Source: Candidatus Obscuribacterales bacterium (lineage in GTDB: Bacteria > Cyanobacteriota > Vampirovibrionia > Obscuribacterales > Obscuribacteraceae). Taken from it: 64,000 bases of DNA. The notes below the pieces were generated by a model. The model was given only the letters and a program-made list of their open reading frames with translations, was not told where the DNA came from and did no database searches. A program made the position numbers and the translations under genes. Of the stretch, positions 19,018 through 27,637 are shown in pieces. Each line of letters starts with the position of its first letter. The stretch's first letter is position 1. Location: positions 3,136,001 through 3,200,000 of the forward strand of contig CBDDIJ010000003.1 in NCBI GenBank assembly GCA_965228855.1, given 5' to 3'.

Positions 19018-19110
19018 TTAGAGCTTGTTTATCAACGTGAGCAAGATTCCCCAAAACGCAGCAGTAGTGAAGAAACAGAGCCAGAATGACATCCTGTAGC
19101 ACTCACCCAT
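19018..19110 (-). CDS. Candidate 30-aa hydrophobic small protein
   Basis: MGECYRMSFWLCFFTTAAFWGILLTLINKL*; AAGAGGA lies about 13 nt upstream; below the ORF-track length cutoff. Confidence 0.3.
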   Translation of the reverse strand: MGECYRMSFWLCFFTTAAFWGILLTLINKL

Positions 19111-19443
19111 GACAACATCAAATTCCTCTTATGTCACACGTGAAGAAGCGCCTCGTGAAATGCACTCGAGGGCAAGAACCTTCAAATAACCGCTAGCATC
19201 TGTCGTATTGCTATCTTCCAGCAATACATGTCGCATGGTCCTCTTAGTGTTGCTTCTAGTATTTCTAGACAAGTCTCAAATGTACGGTAGAGTCAGCTTT
19301 TGGGAACTTTCGGGGCGATAAATGGACTCTCTTATCCCAAAATTCAAAGCAGTTTCCCGGTCAATTTCTGCGGTTTATGTCTATTGGCAGTAGACGAAGC
19401 CCTAAGGAGTATTTCGTATAGATGACGGCTCGGAACCATAAGG

Positions 19444-19468
19444 AAAAGGGCGACCGAAGCCGCCCTTT
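19444..19468 (-). terminator. Rho-independent terminator downstream of korB
   Basis: Minus strand GGGCGGC-UUCG-GUCGCCC followed by UUUU. Confidence 0.8.
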
Positions 19469-19569
19469 CAAGATTTTTTCCCTCAGTCTTCGGGTCTCAC
19501 TCAAGCATGTTGGGGTTTCGACTCGGACTGGTCTGACCGCACCTGCATAAACGAAGTCCCGCGCGAGGA

Positions 19570-20448
19570 CTAGATCATCTCTTCTACGAGTTCCTTGAAG
19601 ACGTTTTTGTCAGCGCCGAGTTTGGCTTTGACGAGTGCGCCTTTCTGGAGATTCGGTTCGCCATCTTCGTAGGTCGGCATCTCGGTTTTGTAGAGAACGC
19701 CGAGCGGAATGGTGTCGCCCCACTCGTAGGATTTTTCGATTGATTTGTAGAAATCACTCGGATCCCAACCTTGATCTTCAAGCTTGTAGACACGCTCTTT
19801 GAACCAAGGATAGGTGTTGATTTTGTTGTATGTCACGCAAGGTGAGAACACGTCGATCAACGAGAATCCTTTGTGTGCGATACCGTTTGCGATGGTGTCG
19901 ATCAAGTGAGCTTGCTCACCGGAGAAACCACGCGCTACGTATGTGGCACCAGATGTGATGGCAAGCGCGAGTGGGTTTAGAGGCGACTCGATATTGCCTT
20001 GAGGTGTCGATTTGGTCTTGTGACCTTTGGTCGTCGTCGGTGAGGTTTGACCCGTCGTCAAGCCATAGATCTGGTTATCCATGACGATGTACGTGACGTC
20101 AAGGTTACGACGCATAGCGTGGAGCAAGTGTCCAACGCCGATACCGTATCCGTCTCCGTCACCACCGGTGATGACTGTCTTCATATCGGTGTTTGCGAGG
20201 TGAGCGCCGGTTGCAACCGGAACAGCTCTACCGTGCAAACTATGAATGCCGTATGCGTGGATGAATCCTGGCAGGTTGGACGAGCAACCGATACCGCTTA
20301 CGACAAAAAGGTTTTCCGGCTTGATACCCAAGCGTCCTGCAGCAGTTTGCACTGACTTCAGCACACCAAAGTCGCCGCATCCGGGACACCAGTCGGGATC
20401 GACTGCGCCCTTATACGTTTCAACTGGAAGTTCTATTACTGTTGCCAT
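19570..20448 (-). CDS. korB: 2-oxoacid:ferredoxin oxidoreductase beta subunit
   Basis: 'WCPGCGDFG', 'SGIGCS', 'HGRA', TPP motif 'GDGD...MDNQIYGLTTGQTSPT', 'SPCVTYN'. Confidence 0.95.
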   Translation of the reverse strand: MATVIELPVETYKGAVDPDWCPGCGDFGVLKSVQTAAGRLGIKPENLFVVSGIGCSSNLPGFIHAYGIHSLHGRAVPVATGAHLANTDMKTVITGGDGDGYGIGVGHLLHAMRRNLDVTYIVMDNQIYGLTTGQTSPTTTKGHKTKSTPQGNIESPLNPLALAITSGATYVARGFSGEQAHLIDTIANGIAHKGFSLIDVFSPCVTYNKINTYPWFKERVYKLEDQGWDPSDFYKSIEKSYEWGDTIPLGVLYKTEMPTYEDGEPNLQKGALVKAKLGADKNVFKELVEEMI

Positions 20449-20492
20449 TTTCCCTCGTTCCTATATTTATCAGGGGACAAAACTACTGAAAA

Positions 20493-22484
20493 CTACTCGG
20501 CTTTAGTGAACGAGTGCGTCGTTCCAGTCTTCGCGCCGATTACCATGGTGCCGCCAGCTTTGCCGGTGACTCGCTCTGCGATTTCCACGGTCCAGGTCGG
20601 TTCGCCCTTTCCGTTGGCTGCTGCCTGAGTCGCTTTGACTGGACGCAGTTTTTCGAGAGAGTGAGTGCGGAGGTAGTGATAGACCATTTCTTTTGCTTCC
20701 GCTTCGGAAACATCGAGGTCTTTCTGTTTACCTTCGAGAATCTCTTTGACGCTGTCGATGACACCTTGAGGCTCCAGCGGTTCACCGTCATAACGATTGA
20801 CGTGTCCGTCCATCGCGATTCCCGTTTCCATTCTGATGAAGCGAGCCATCACACTGGTGAAGTTAACTTCAACGGAGATTTTCTTCTTCGCTTTGCTCAA
20901 GAGTTCGGTCACTTCTTTCGTGTGGAAAGGAGCGATGTACTTGATGACGATGAAGTTGGTCTTGGTGCCTTGCGCGGTCATGCGCTCAGCAGCTTCCTTG
21001 ACCACACCGGAAGTCGATCCCCAGCAAACCAGGGTGACATCTGCGTCTGCTGGTCCTTCGATGACTGGTGCTTTGAGTTCTTTGAGCATGTTCACCATCT
21101 TGCGTTGGCGTTTCTCCATGATCTTGCGACGGATCGGAGGAGCTGTGAACATGTCGGAGATCAGGATGCTTTCTTCGTCGTGATCGTCTGAAGCATGGGT
21201 GTACAGGGTGTTTGGAGTACCAGGCAAGGCACGAGGAGAGACACCGGATTCGGTGAATTTGAATCTCTTATATTTGCCTTGCGACTCATCCCATTTTTCA
21301 ACGATCTCGCCGCGGTCAATTTTGACTTCAGCGGGGAACGCTTCAGGATCAACGGTTTCAGGGTGCTCGGAGAGGAGCAAGTCTGAAATCATCAATACTG
21401 GGAGTTGATATTTGTCAGCCAGGTTGAATGCTTCGACGGTTGAATCGTAAGCATCAGCGATATCGCGCGGAGCTACGATCAATCTCGGGAATTCACCTTG
21501 CGATGCGCCGTAAACTTGCCAGAGGTCAGCTTGTTCCGTCTTGGTCGGCAGACCGGTCGACGGACCGCCACGCTGAACTTCAACACAGATTACGGGAACT
21601 TCCATGATGCCTGCCATACCGACAGCTTCGGTCATGAGAGCGAAGCCACCACCAGCGGTTCCGCACATGGAACGTACTCCGGCGATGCCGGCTCCGATTG
21701 CCATGTTGATAACGGAGAGTTCGTCTTCGCACTGTTTGACGAGGATGCCGGTTTTGGTTTGGTTAGCAGCCATCCAGTGAAGAATGGTTGACGCCGGTGT
21801 CATCGGATACGCGGAATAGAATTTGCAACCAGCTGCGTAAGCTGCCAGTGCGATTGCTTCGTTACCGGTGACGAACGGACGTCTCTTCTTGGTGAAGTTC
21901 CAGCCGTCAGCAACAACTTTCGCGTTGGCCTTCGCGTACTCATATCCAACGGTGAGAAGTCCGATGTTGAGGTCGATGACTTCTTGACCCTTGTGAGCGA
22001 AGGTGTCGTTCAACACTTTGCTTGGCTCTTCCAAGCCGATTCCGGCGAGGTAAGCGACAGCACCGATCGCAATCGTGTTTTGCATGATTGGTTTAATCGG
22101 ACCGTATTTTTCTTTGAGCTCTGCAGTAATTTCGTTGATAGGCAAAGCGAGAATTTGTACGCCTTCACGAACGAGTGAAGGATCGCATTTGATTCTGTCG
22201 CCGTTGAAAACAATGGCGCCGCCCTGGTGAACTTCACCAGCGTGGCGTTCGATTGAATCTTGGTTTAACGCGACCAAAACATTGAGTTGGTCGCCGTGGC
22301 AGTAAACTTTCTCGTCGCCAACGCGGACTTTGAGCCAAATGTGACCGCCGCGGATGATCGACTGATAGCTGTTGTATGCGTAGACATAGAGACCAAGCCG
22401 ACCGCAGGATCTCGCTAGCGTGTCGCCGGACTTATCAAGTCCATCACCGGCGGCACCAGCTATACCGATTGTGACTTCGTGCAT
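20493..22484 (-). CDS. korA: 2-oxoacid:ferredoxin oxidoreductase alpha subunit (gamma-alpha fusion) with C-terminal extension
   Basis: 'YQSIIRGGH', 'AYPMTPAS', 'QCEDE', 'QRGGPSTGLPTKTEQADL'; about 70 extra C-terminal residues. Confidence 0.95.
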   Translation of the reverse strand: MHEVTIGIAGAAGDGLDKSGDTLARSCGRLGLYVYAYNSYQSIIRGGHIWLKVRVGDEKVYCHGDQLNVLVALNQDSIERHAGEVHQGGAIVFNGDRIKCDPSLVREGVQILALPINEITAELKEKYGPIKPIMQNTIAIGAVAYLAGIGLEEPSKVLNDTFAHKGQEVIDLNIGLLTVGYEYAKANAKVVADGWNFTKKRRPFVTGNEAIALAAYAAGCKFYSAYPMTPASTILHWMAANQTKTGILVKQCEDELSVINMAIGAGIAGVRSMCGTAGGGFALMTEAVGMAGIMEVPVICVEVQRGGPSTGLPTKTEQADLWQVYGASQGEFPRLIVAPRDIADAYDSTVEAFNLADKYQLPVLMISDLLLSEHPETVDPEAFPAEVKIDRGEIVEKWDESQGKYKRFKFTESGVSPRALPGTPNTLYTHASDDHDEESILISDMFTAPPIRRKIMEKRQRKMVNMLKELKAPVIEGPADADVTLVCWGSTSGVVKEAAERMTAQGTKTNFIVIKYIAPFHTKEVTELLSKAKKKISVEVNFTSVMARFIRMETGIAMDGHVNRYDGEPLEPQGVIDSVKEILEGKQKDLDVSEAEAKEMVYHYLRTHSLEKLRPVKATQAAANGKGEPTWTVEIAERVTGKAGGTMVIGAKTGTTHSFTKAE

Positions 22485-22519
22485 TAACGGAATTCTCCCT
22501 GTACTGAACCCTTTTTTCT

Positions 22520-22610
22520 GACCAGCCTGTTTGTAACGGCTGGACCGAGCGCCGATGGGCGCTTTGACCCGCGGCTACTCGCTCCCATACTCGCGGGAGC
22601 TCGCCTGGCT
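22520..22610 (-). promoter_or_regulatory. Structured 5' leader of korA (three hairpins), candidate cis-regulatory RNA
   Basis: Stems GCTCCC/GGGAGC (22581-22600), AGCGCC/GGCGCT (22548-22563) and CCAGCC/GGCTGG (22522-22543). Confidence 0.4.
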
Positions 22611-22826
22611 TAAACGATAACACAATCAACTAATCAGATGGCAAGCGAATGTTAATCAGGAAGCCATTTTGAGCAACAAAAGTTAGGCGCAAAACCGTCT
22701 CCGCCTCACTGAAAAGCAGATAGAAAGGACATCCAGGCAATCATCGTTTCGCCAAGTTGAGGCCGAAACAAAGAAACTACCTATAAGTAATATTGCGATT
22801 ATCTCGGACCGCCCCAGCTGTTTAAT

Positions 22827-23501
22827 TTAGTGCGAGGATGCTGGCGGAGTGCCTTCCGGATGAGCTTCTGCCGGATTCGAAGGAACAGCCGACGGGTTCT
22901 CCGCCGGAATGCTTGCCGGAGCGCCATCGCCTTTGCCCGGAGTGCCGGCGGTGTCAGGCGTCGTGGGTGTGCCTGCTGGAGCGCCTGCAGCTGGAGCTGT
23001 CACGGGAGCGACTTCGTGACCAGGAGCGGCGCCTTCCGGAGTCCCCTCATGACCGGGAGCGCCAGCTGGAGCGGTTTCGTGCGCAGCAGGAGCGCCATGC
23101 CCCTCCTGGCCCTCATGACCGGCTGGAGTTCCATGCGCACCTTCGGCGGCTTCGTGGTGCCCGTCCCATTTTACGTTCATATACCAATCAATCGTCGTCC
23201 CTGAAAGGAAGACAAAAGCGATAGTCAAAACAAGCATTAAGACCTTGTCTTCGAGGCTTTTCTCCGGCACAACTTCAGTGTGGAACGGAGGTCCCTCGTG
23301 ATGGTGAAGGTCGGCATGGTCCCCATGAGCATGATCGGCGTGTTCATGATCGCCATGAGCGTGATCATGACCTGCTTGGTCGTGGTCGGTGGAATGTGAA
23401 TCGCTTGCCATTTCTTTCAAACCTTGCTTGTTCGTTGAAACTAAACTCTGGTGTCGCTCGACGTTTGAGGTGCTATCGCTCGACTTCACTGAAGCTGTCA
23501 T
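22827..23501 (-). CDS. His-rich single-pass membrane protein with Pro/Ala/Gly-rich tail
   Basis: 'HDHAHGDHEHADHAHGDHADLHHHEG'; TM 'VLMLVLTIAFVFLSGTTI'; 42 nt downstream of ndhF. Confidence 0.75.
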   Translation of the reverse strand: MTASVKSSDSTSNVERHQSLVSTNKQGLKEMASDSHSTDHDQAGHDHAHGDHEHADHAHGDHADLHHHEGPPFHTEVVPEKSLEDKVLMLVLTIAFVFLSGTTIDWYMNVKWDGHHEAAEGAHGTPAGHEGQEGHGAPAAHETAPAGAPGHEGTPEGAAPGHEVAPVTAPAAGAPAGTPTTPDTAGTPGKGDGAPASIPAENPSAVPSNPAEAHPEGTPPASSH

Positions 23502-23543
23502 GAGCAGTTGCTTTCCAACGACCCACGATCGCTTGAATTCGGT

Positions 23544-25577
23544 TTACGCTAACGGATATGCCAGATAAACAATCCACGTCAACAGCGCCACCCAGGCGAA
23601 GATAACGAGAGCGTAGTACTGACCTTTACCTGTCTGTGTGTACTTGAGCACTTCGCCGAAGGCACTGGTGATCAAACTCATACCGTTGACGATGTTATCG
23701 ATAATTCCATCGACGAGCTTCCACGATTTATCGAAGAGTGGCAGCACGCCTTTGTTGACGAAAGCCATATAGATGTCATCGAAGTACCATTTGTTGTAAG
23801 AAATTTTCCACAATGGATTCTGGCTCTCGACCAACTTCGTGTTGAAATCAAAGGTCTTGGTTACGTATGTGAGATAACTGACTGCGATACCGCCGAGCGC
23901 AATGATAGTAGAGATGCCCATCACCATGCTGTCGACTTTCTCAACGTGCGGGTGCTGGAAGTGCACGAATGATGCCCACGGATTGACGCCGCCGGCGCCG
24001 AAGAAAGCTTCCTGGTTGAAACCGAGCAAGCCACCGGCAAACATAGAAGGCACCGCCAGGAATACCAGTGGCAACCACATGACTGGAGTGACTTCGTGCG
24101 CCTTATGGTCACCTCTGTAGGTCCCCGTGAACACGAGGAAATACAGGCGGAACATATAGAACGCGGTCAAGCCCGCCGTGATGATCAACGCCCAGCCGAT
24201 ACCCGGGTTGTAATGCATCGCGGCAGCAACAATCTCATCTTTGGAGAACCAGGCAGACAGCGGAGGAACACCGGAGATAGCCAGGGTACCAATCAAGAAT
24301 GTCGCGCCGGTCCAGGGCATCACTTTGCTCAGTCCGCCCATTTTGCGAATGTCTTGTTCGTGGTGGCAACCGAGGATCACCGCACCAGAACCGAGGAACA
24401 ACATCGCTTTGAAAAATGCGTGAGTGAACAGGTGGAAGAGTCCAGCCGAGAATGCGCCAACTCCGAGAGCCGCCATCATGTAGCCAAGCTGCGAGCAGGT
24501 CGACCAGGCGAGTACGCGTTTGATGTCGTTCTGGCTAAGTGCGATCGTCGCCGCCATAACCGCTGTGATGGTTCCAATAGTCGCCACCACCGCAAGCGCG
24601 ATACTATCCGTGCCACCATCCGGAGCGAGGAAGACTGGATATGCGCGAGCTACAAGATAGATACCTGCAGCAACCATTGTTGCCGCGTGGATGAGTGCCG
24701 AAATTGGCGTGGGGCCTTCCATTGCGTCAGGTAGCCAGACATGCAAGGGGAATTGCGCGGACTTCGCCATCGGTCCACCAAATATAAGGATGGCCATGAG
24801 TGGCATCGAACTTGCAGCAAGTGCAAGTTCAGGTCTGAGGGTTCCAGCCTGCAGTGCATGCTGAAGAGCGCCGGCCAGGTCGGTTCCACTGGTTCCCGGT
24901 TGCGCGACGAATGCCATACAGGTGCCGCCCGACCAGAAATCCTTGGTAGCGAGCAACAACATTAAGATACCGACGAGGAACGCGAAGTCACCAACACGGT
25001 TGACGACGAATGCCTTCATGCACGCAGCAGCAGCAGAGTTTTTATACCACCAGTAGCCGATGAGAAGGTAACTGCAAACGCCCACCAATTCCCAGAATCC
25101 GTACATCTGGAACATATTGGTTGAAACTACCAGACCCAACATCGAGCCTGTGAATAAAGATAGGTAGGAGTAGAACCTGGCATAGCCGGGGTCTTCGCGC
25201 ATGTAGCCGTGTGTGTAAACCTGAACGAACAAACTGACGGTCGTGACAACAATGAGCATCATGCACGCAAGGTTGTCGACGAGAAAACCGACCGAGAGCT
25301 TGAAGTTCTGACAGGTGAACCAGTCCCAGTTCTGCTGATATGCCAGCGCCGGATTAATTCGCAGGGCCTCGAATATGACGATTGAGTGGAAGAATCCCCA
25401 GGTCACCGCTCCTATGGAGGTGAGCATGGCGAGCGTTTTGAAAACACGCTTGTCGCCTATGTGAATCCCGCCGACCAGGAAGCTGCCTATGATGAGAAAT
25501 CCCGCCAGAAACGGTAACGCCACGATCAGCCAGGCGCTATCAACTGCCGCGGTCAGAAACTCTGGACTAAAGTTCAC
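23544..25577 (-). CDS. ndhF: NDH-1 / complex I subunit 5 (NdhF/NuoL)
   Basis: 'FWELVG', 'KAFVVNRVGD', 'AKSAQFPLHVWLPDAMEGPTPISALIHAATMV', 'HAFFKA'; GGAG before GTG start. Confidence 0.95.
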   Translation of the reverse strand: MNFSPEFLTAAVDSAWLIVALPFLAGFLIIGSFLVGGIHIGDKRVFKTLAMLTSIGAVTWGFFHSIVIFEALRINPALAYQQNWDWFTCQNFKLSVGFLVDNLACMMLIVVTTVSLFVQVYTHGYMREDPGYARFYSYLSLFTGSMLGLVVSTNMFQMYGFWELVGVCSYLLIGYWWYKNSAAAACMKAFVVNRVGDFAFLVGILMLLLATKDFWSGGTCMAFVAQPGTSGTDLAGALQHALQAGTLRPELALAASSMPLMAILIFGGPMAKSAQFPLHVWLPDAMEGPTPISALIHAATMVAAGIYLVARAYPVFLAPDGGTDSIALAVVATIGTITAVMAATIALSQNDIKRVLAWSTCSQLGYMMAALGVGAFSAGLFHLFTHAFFKAMLFLGSGAVILGCHHEQDIRKMGGLSKVMPWTGATFLIGTLAISGVPPLSAWFSKDEIVAAAMHYNPGIGWALIITAGLTAFYMFRLYFLVFTGTYRGDHKAHEVTPVMWLPLVFLAVPSMFAGGLLGFNQEAFFGAGGVNPWASFVHFQHPHVEKVDSMVMGISTIIALGGIAVSYLTYVTKTFDFNTKLVESQNPLWKISYNKWYFDDIYMAFVNKGVLPLFDKSWKLVDGIIDNIVNGMSLITSAFGEVLKYTQTGKGQYYALVIFAWVALLTWIVYLAYPLA

Positions 25578-25959
25578 TTAGATCGTCTCCAATTACTAAA
25601 TCGGGCACTCTTTTCAACGTCAACATGGACGTTCGAAACCCGGTGCTAATGATACATTGCGCACGGTGAACCATGTAGCTTTGATAAACCAGCGTTTAGA
25701 TCTTAGTAGTTGTAATGGTTTAGGTTGAAAAACAATTTTGATCTCATGGCATCACACTCAAAGTTAAACGCGCACCGAAAACTCTGCTCATTGCAATCCC
25801 GGTAATCAAGAAGAATATAGCTCTAGTGAAAAGATTTTTCATTTCAATAATTCTTCAAAGTGCCTCTTCCAATGTCAAAATCGCTGGATAGACGGAGGCT
25901 GTGGTGGCTATACTGTGGCCGCACGATTCTAATGGTTTCAATTTGATCGAGGGGACGTT

Positions 25960-27531
25960 GTGGACAACGCACTGCTATTAAAAGTCCTGTTATTCCTACC
26001 GCTGCTCGCAGCCGGTATCATCGCGGTCAACCCGTCGAAGGAAGACAAAGACGCACGAGGATTAGCCCTGTTTTTCAGCTGGGTAATGCTCGCACTTTCG
26101 CTAGTCATAGGACTGCAGTTCGACCGCACGCAAGCGGGACTGCAATTCGCTAGTTCGCACCCCTGGGTCACGCATCCGTTCCCCGTTGCATTCCACATAG
26201 GTGTCGATGGTTTCAGCATGGCGCTCGTTATGCTGACAGCGTTCGTGACTCTCATGTCGGTATACGCAAGTTACGCGATTCAGCAAAGGGTCAAGCTTTA
26301 CTACGCCAACGTGATGCTCCTCACGTTCTCCATTCTCGGCGTCTTCATGTCGCAAGACTTGCTTCAGTTTTTCGTCATGTACGAATTCGAACTTGTACCG
26401 ATGTACTTCTTGATCGCAATCTGGGGTGGACCGCGCCGCGGTTACGCGGCAATGAAGTTCTTGCTGTACACCTTCTTCGGCGGCGTGCTCATGTTCGCAG
26501 CCTTGCTCTATACATATACTCAGTTGATCGCGATGGATCCCGCGACCGCAACCTTCAATATGACGATGCTTTCGTCGTCGACAAATTCGTTGCCGGTCAA
26601 TGCGCAAGTAGTCGCATGTCTCGGTTTCTTCCTCGCATTCATCATCAAACTTCCGTCAGTTCCATTCCACACATGGTTGCCCGATGCTCACGTCGAGGCT
26701 CCAACACCCATCTCCATGATGCTAGCCGGATTGCTTCTCAAGATGGGCTCTTACGGTTTGGTCAGAATTTGCATGGGTTTCTTCCCCGCATTCTTTGCCG
26801 AGTACGCACCGTGGGTGGTTGCACTGGGTGCCATCAATATTATCTGGGGAGCAATTGCTTGCCTCGTGCAAAAGGACATGAAGCGCGTTATCGCGTTCTC
26901 CAGTATTTCGCACATGGGCTTCATTTTGCTTGGCATCGGCTCGCTATCTAACGCGGCGGTGAACGGCGCTATCTTCCAGATGATCTCCCACGGATTCATC
27001 TCGGCAATGCTCTTCTTCCTGGTCGGAACCGTCTACGAGCGCTGCCACACAAGACTACTACCGGAGATTGGCGGCGGTCTGGCTTATCAGATGCCGGTTC
27101 TCTTCTACTTCTGGATGTTTGCCACCATGGCGAACCTCGGCTTGCCGGCGCTCTCCGGATTCGTCGGTGAAGTCACGGTCTTTTATGGTGCGTACACTTC
27201 ACCACTGGCACAATCCTCGCTGCACGGCGCCTGGACGCAGGGCTGGATCGTTCTATCCGCTCTGGCAGTAGTGCTGACAGCCGGCTATATGTTGTGGCTC
27301 CTGAAGCGCCTCTTCTACGGTCCGGAACAGCCGAAATGGAAGGGTCATCTTTATGACGCCACCATGACTGAACGTTTCGTCGCTACCTCTCTTGCAGTGG
27401 TAACCCTCGTATTCGGATGCGTTCCGTTTTACTTAAACGATATGTACAGTCACGTCGGCGATCGCATCACCACTGAGTGCTTGAACAGAATTCAGATAAG
27501 CGACAACGCCAAGGCGAGCCCGAATCTGTAA
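25960..27531 (+). CDS. ndhD: NDH-1 / complex I subunit 4 (NdhD/NuoM)
   Basis: 'EFELVPMYFLIAIWGG', 'KLPSVPFHTWLPDAHVEAP', 'LLKMGSYG', 'SSISHMGF', 'GLPALSGFVGE'. Confidence 0.95.
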   Translation: MDNALLLKVLLFLPLLAAGIIAVNPSKEDKDARGLALFFSWVMLALSLVIGLQFDRTQAGLQFASSHPWVTHPFPVAFHIGVDGFSMALVMLTAFVTLMSVYASYAIQQRVKLYYANVMLLTFSILGVFMSQDLLQFFVMYEFELVPMYFLIAIWGGPRRGYAAMKFLLYTFFGGVLMFAALLYTYTQLIAMDPATATFNMTMLSSSTNSLPVNAQVVACLGFFLAFIIKLPSVPFHTWLPDAHVEAPTPISMMLAGLLLKMGSYGLVRICMGFFPAFFAEYAPWVVALGAINIIWGAIACLVQKDMKRVIAFSSISHMGFILLGIGSLSNAAVNGAIFQMISHGFISAMLFFLVGTVYERCHTRLLPEIGGGLAYQMPVLFYFWMFATMANLGLPALSGFVGEVTVFYGAYTSPLAQSSLHGAWTQGWIVLSALAVVLTAGYMLWLLKRLFYGPEQPKWKGHLYDATMTERFVATSLAVVTLVFGCVPFYLNDMYSHVGDRITTECLNRIQISDNAKASPNL

Positions 27532-27637
27532 GATTCACCCGCCGCGATAAAAGCAATCGAACCAGTCTCGAAACGAAGCGACGTAAATCGCCATTTCGCT
27601 CTAGTATCGAAACGGTTTCTGCTCAGAAGAAAAACAA

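Noticed and set aside
20514..21191. Long antisense ORFs over korA (and similarly 50768..51661 over typA, 43967..44620 over the CHAT gene)
   Set aside because: Shadow frames produced by codon bias in well-supported genes on the opposite strand.
23544..27531. CO2-uptake NDH-1 (NdhF3/F4 with CupA/B) or Mrp antiporter
   Set aside because: No cup or mrp genes are adjacent, and the motifs match respiratory NdhF1/NuoL and NdhD/NuoM types.
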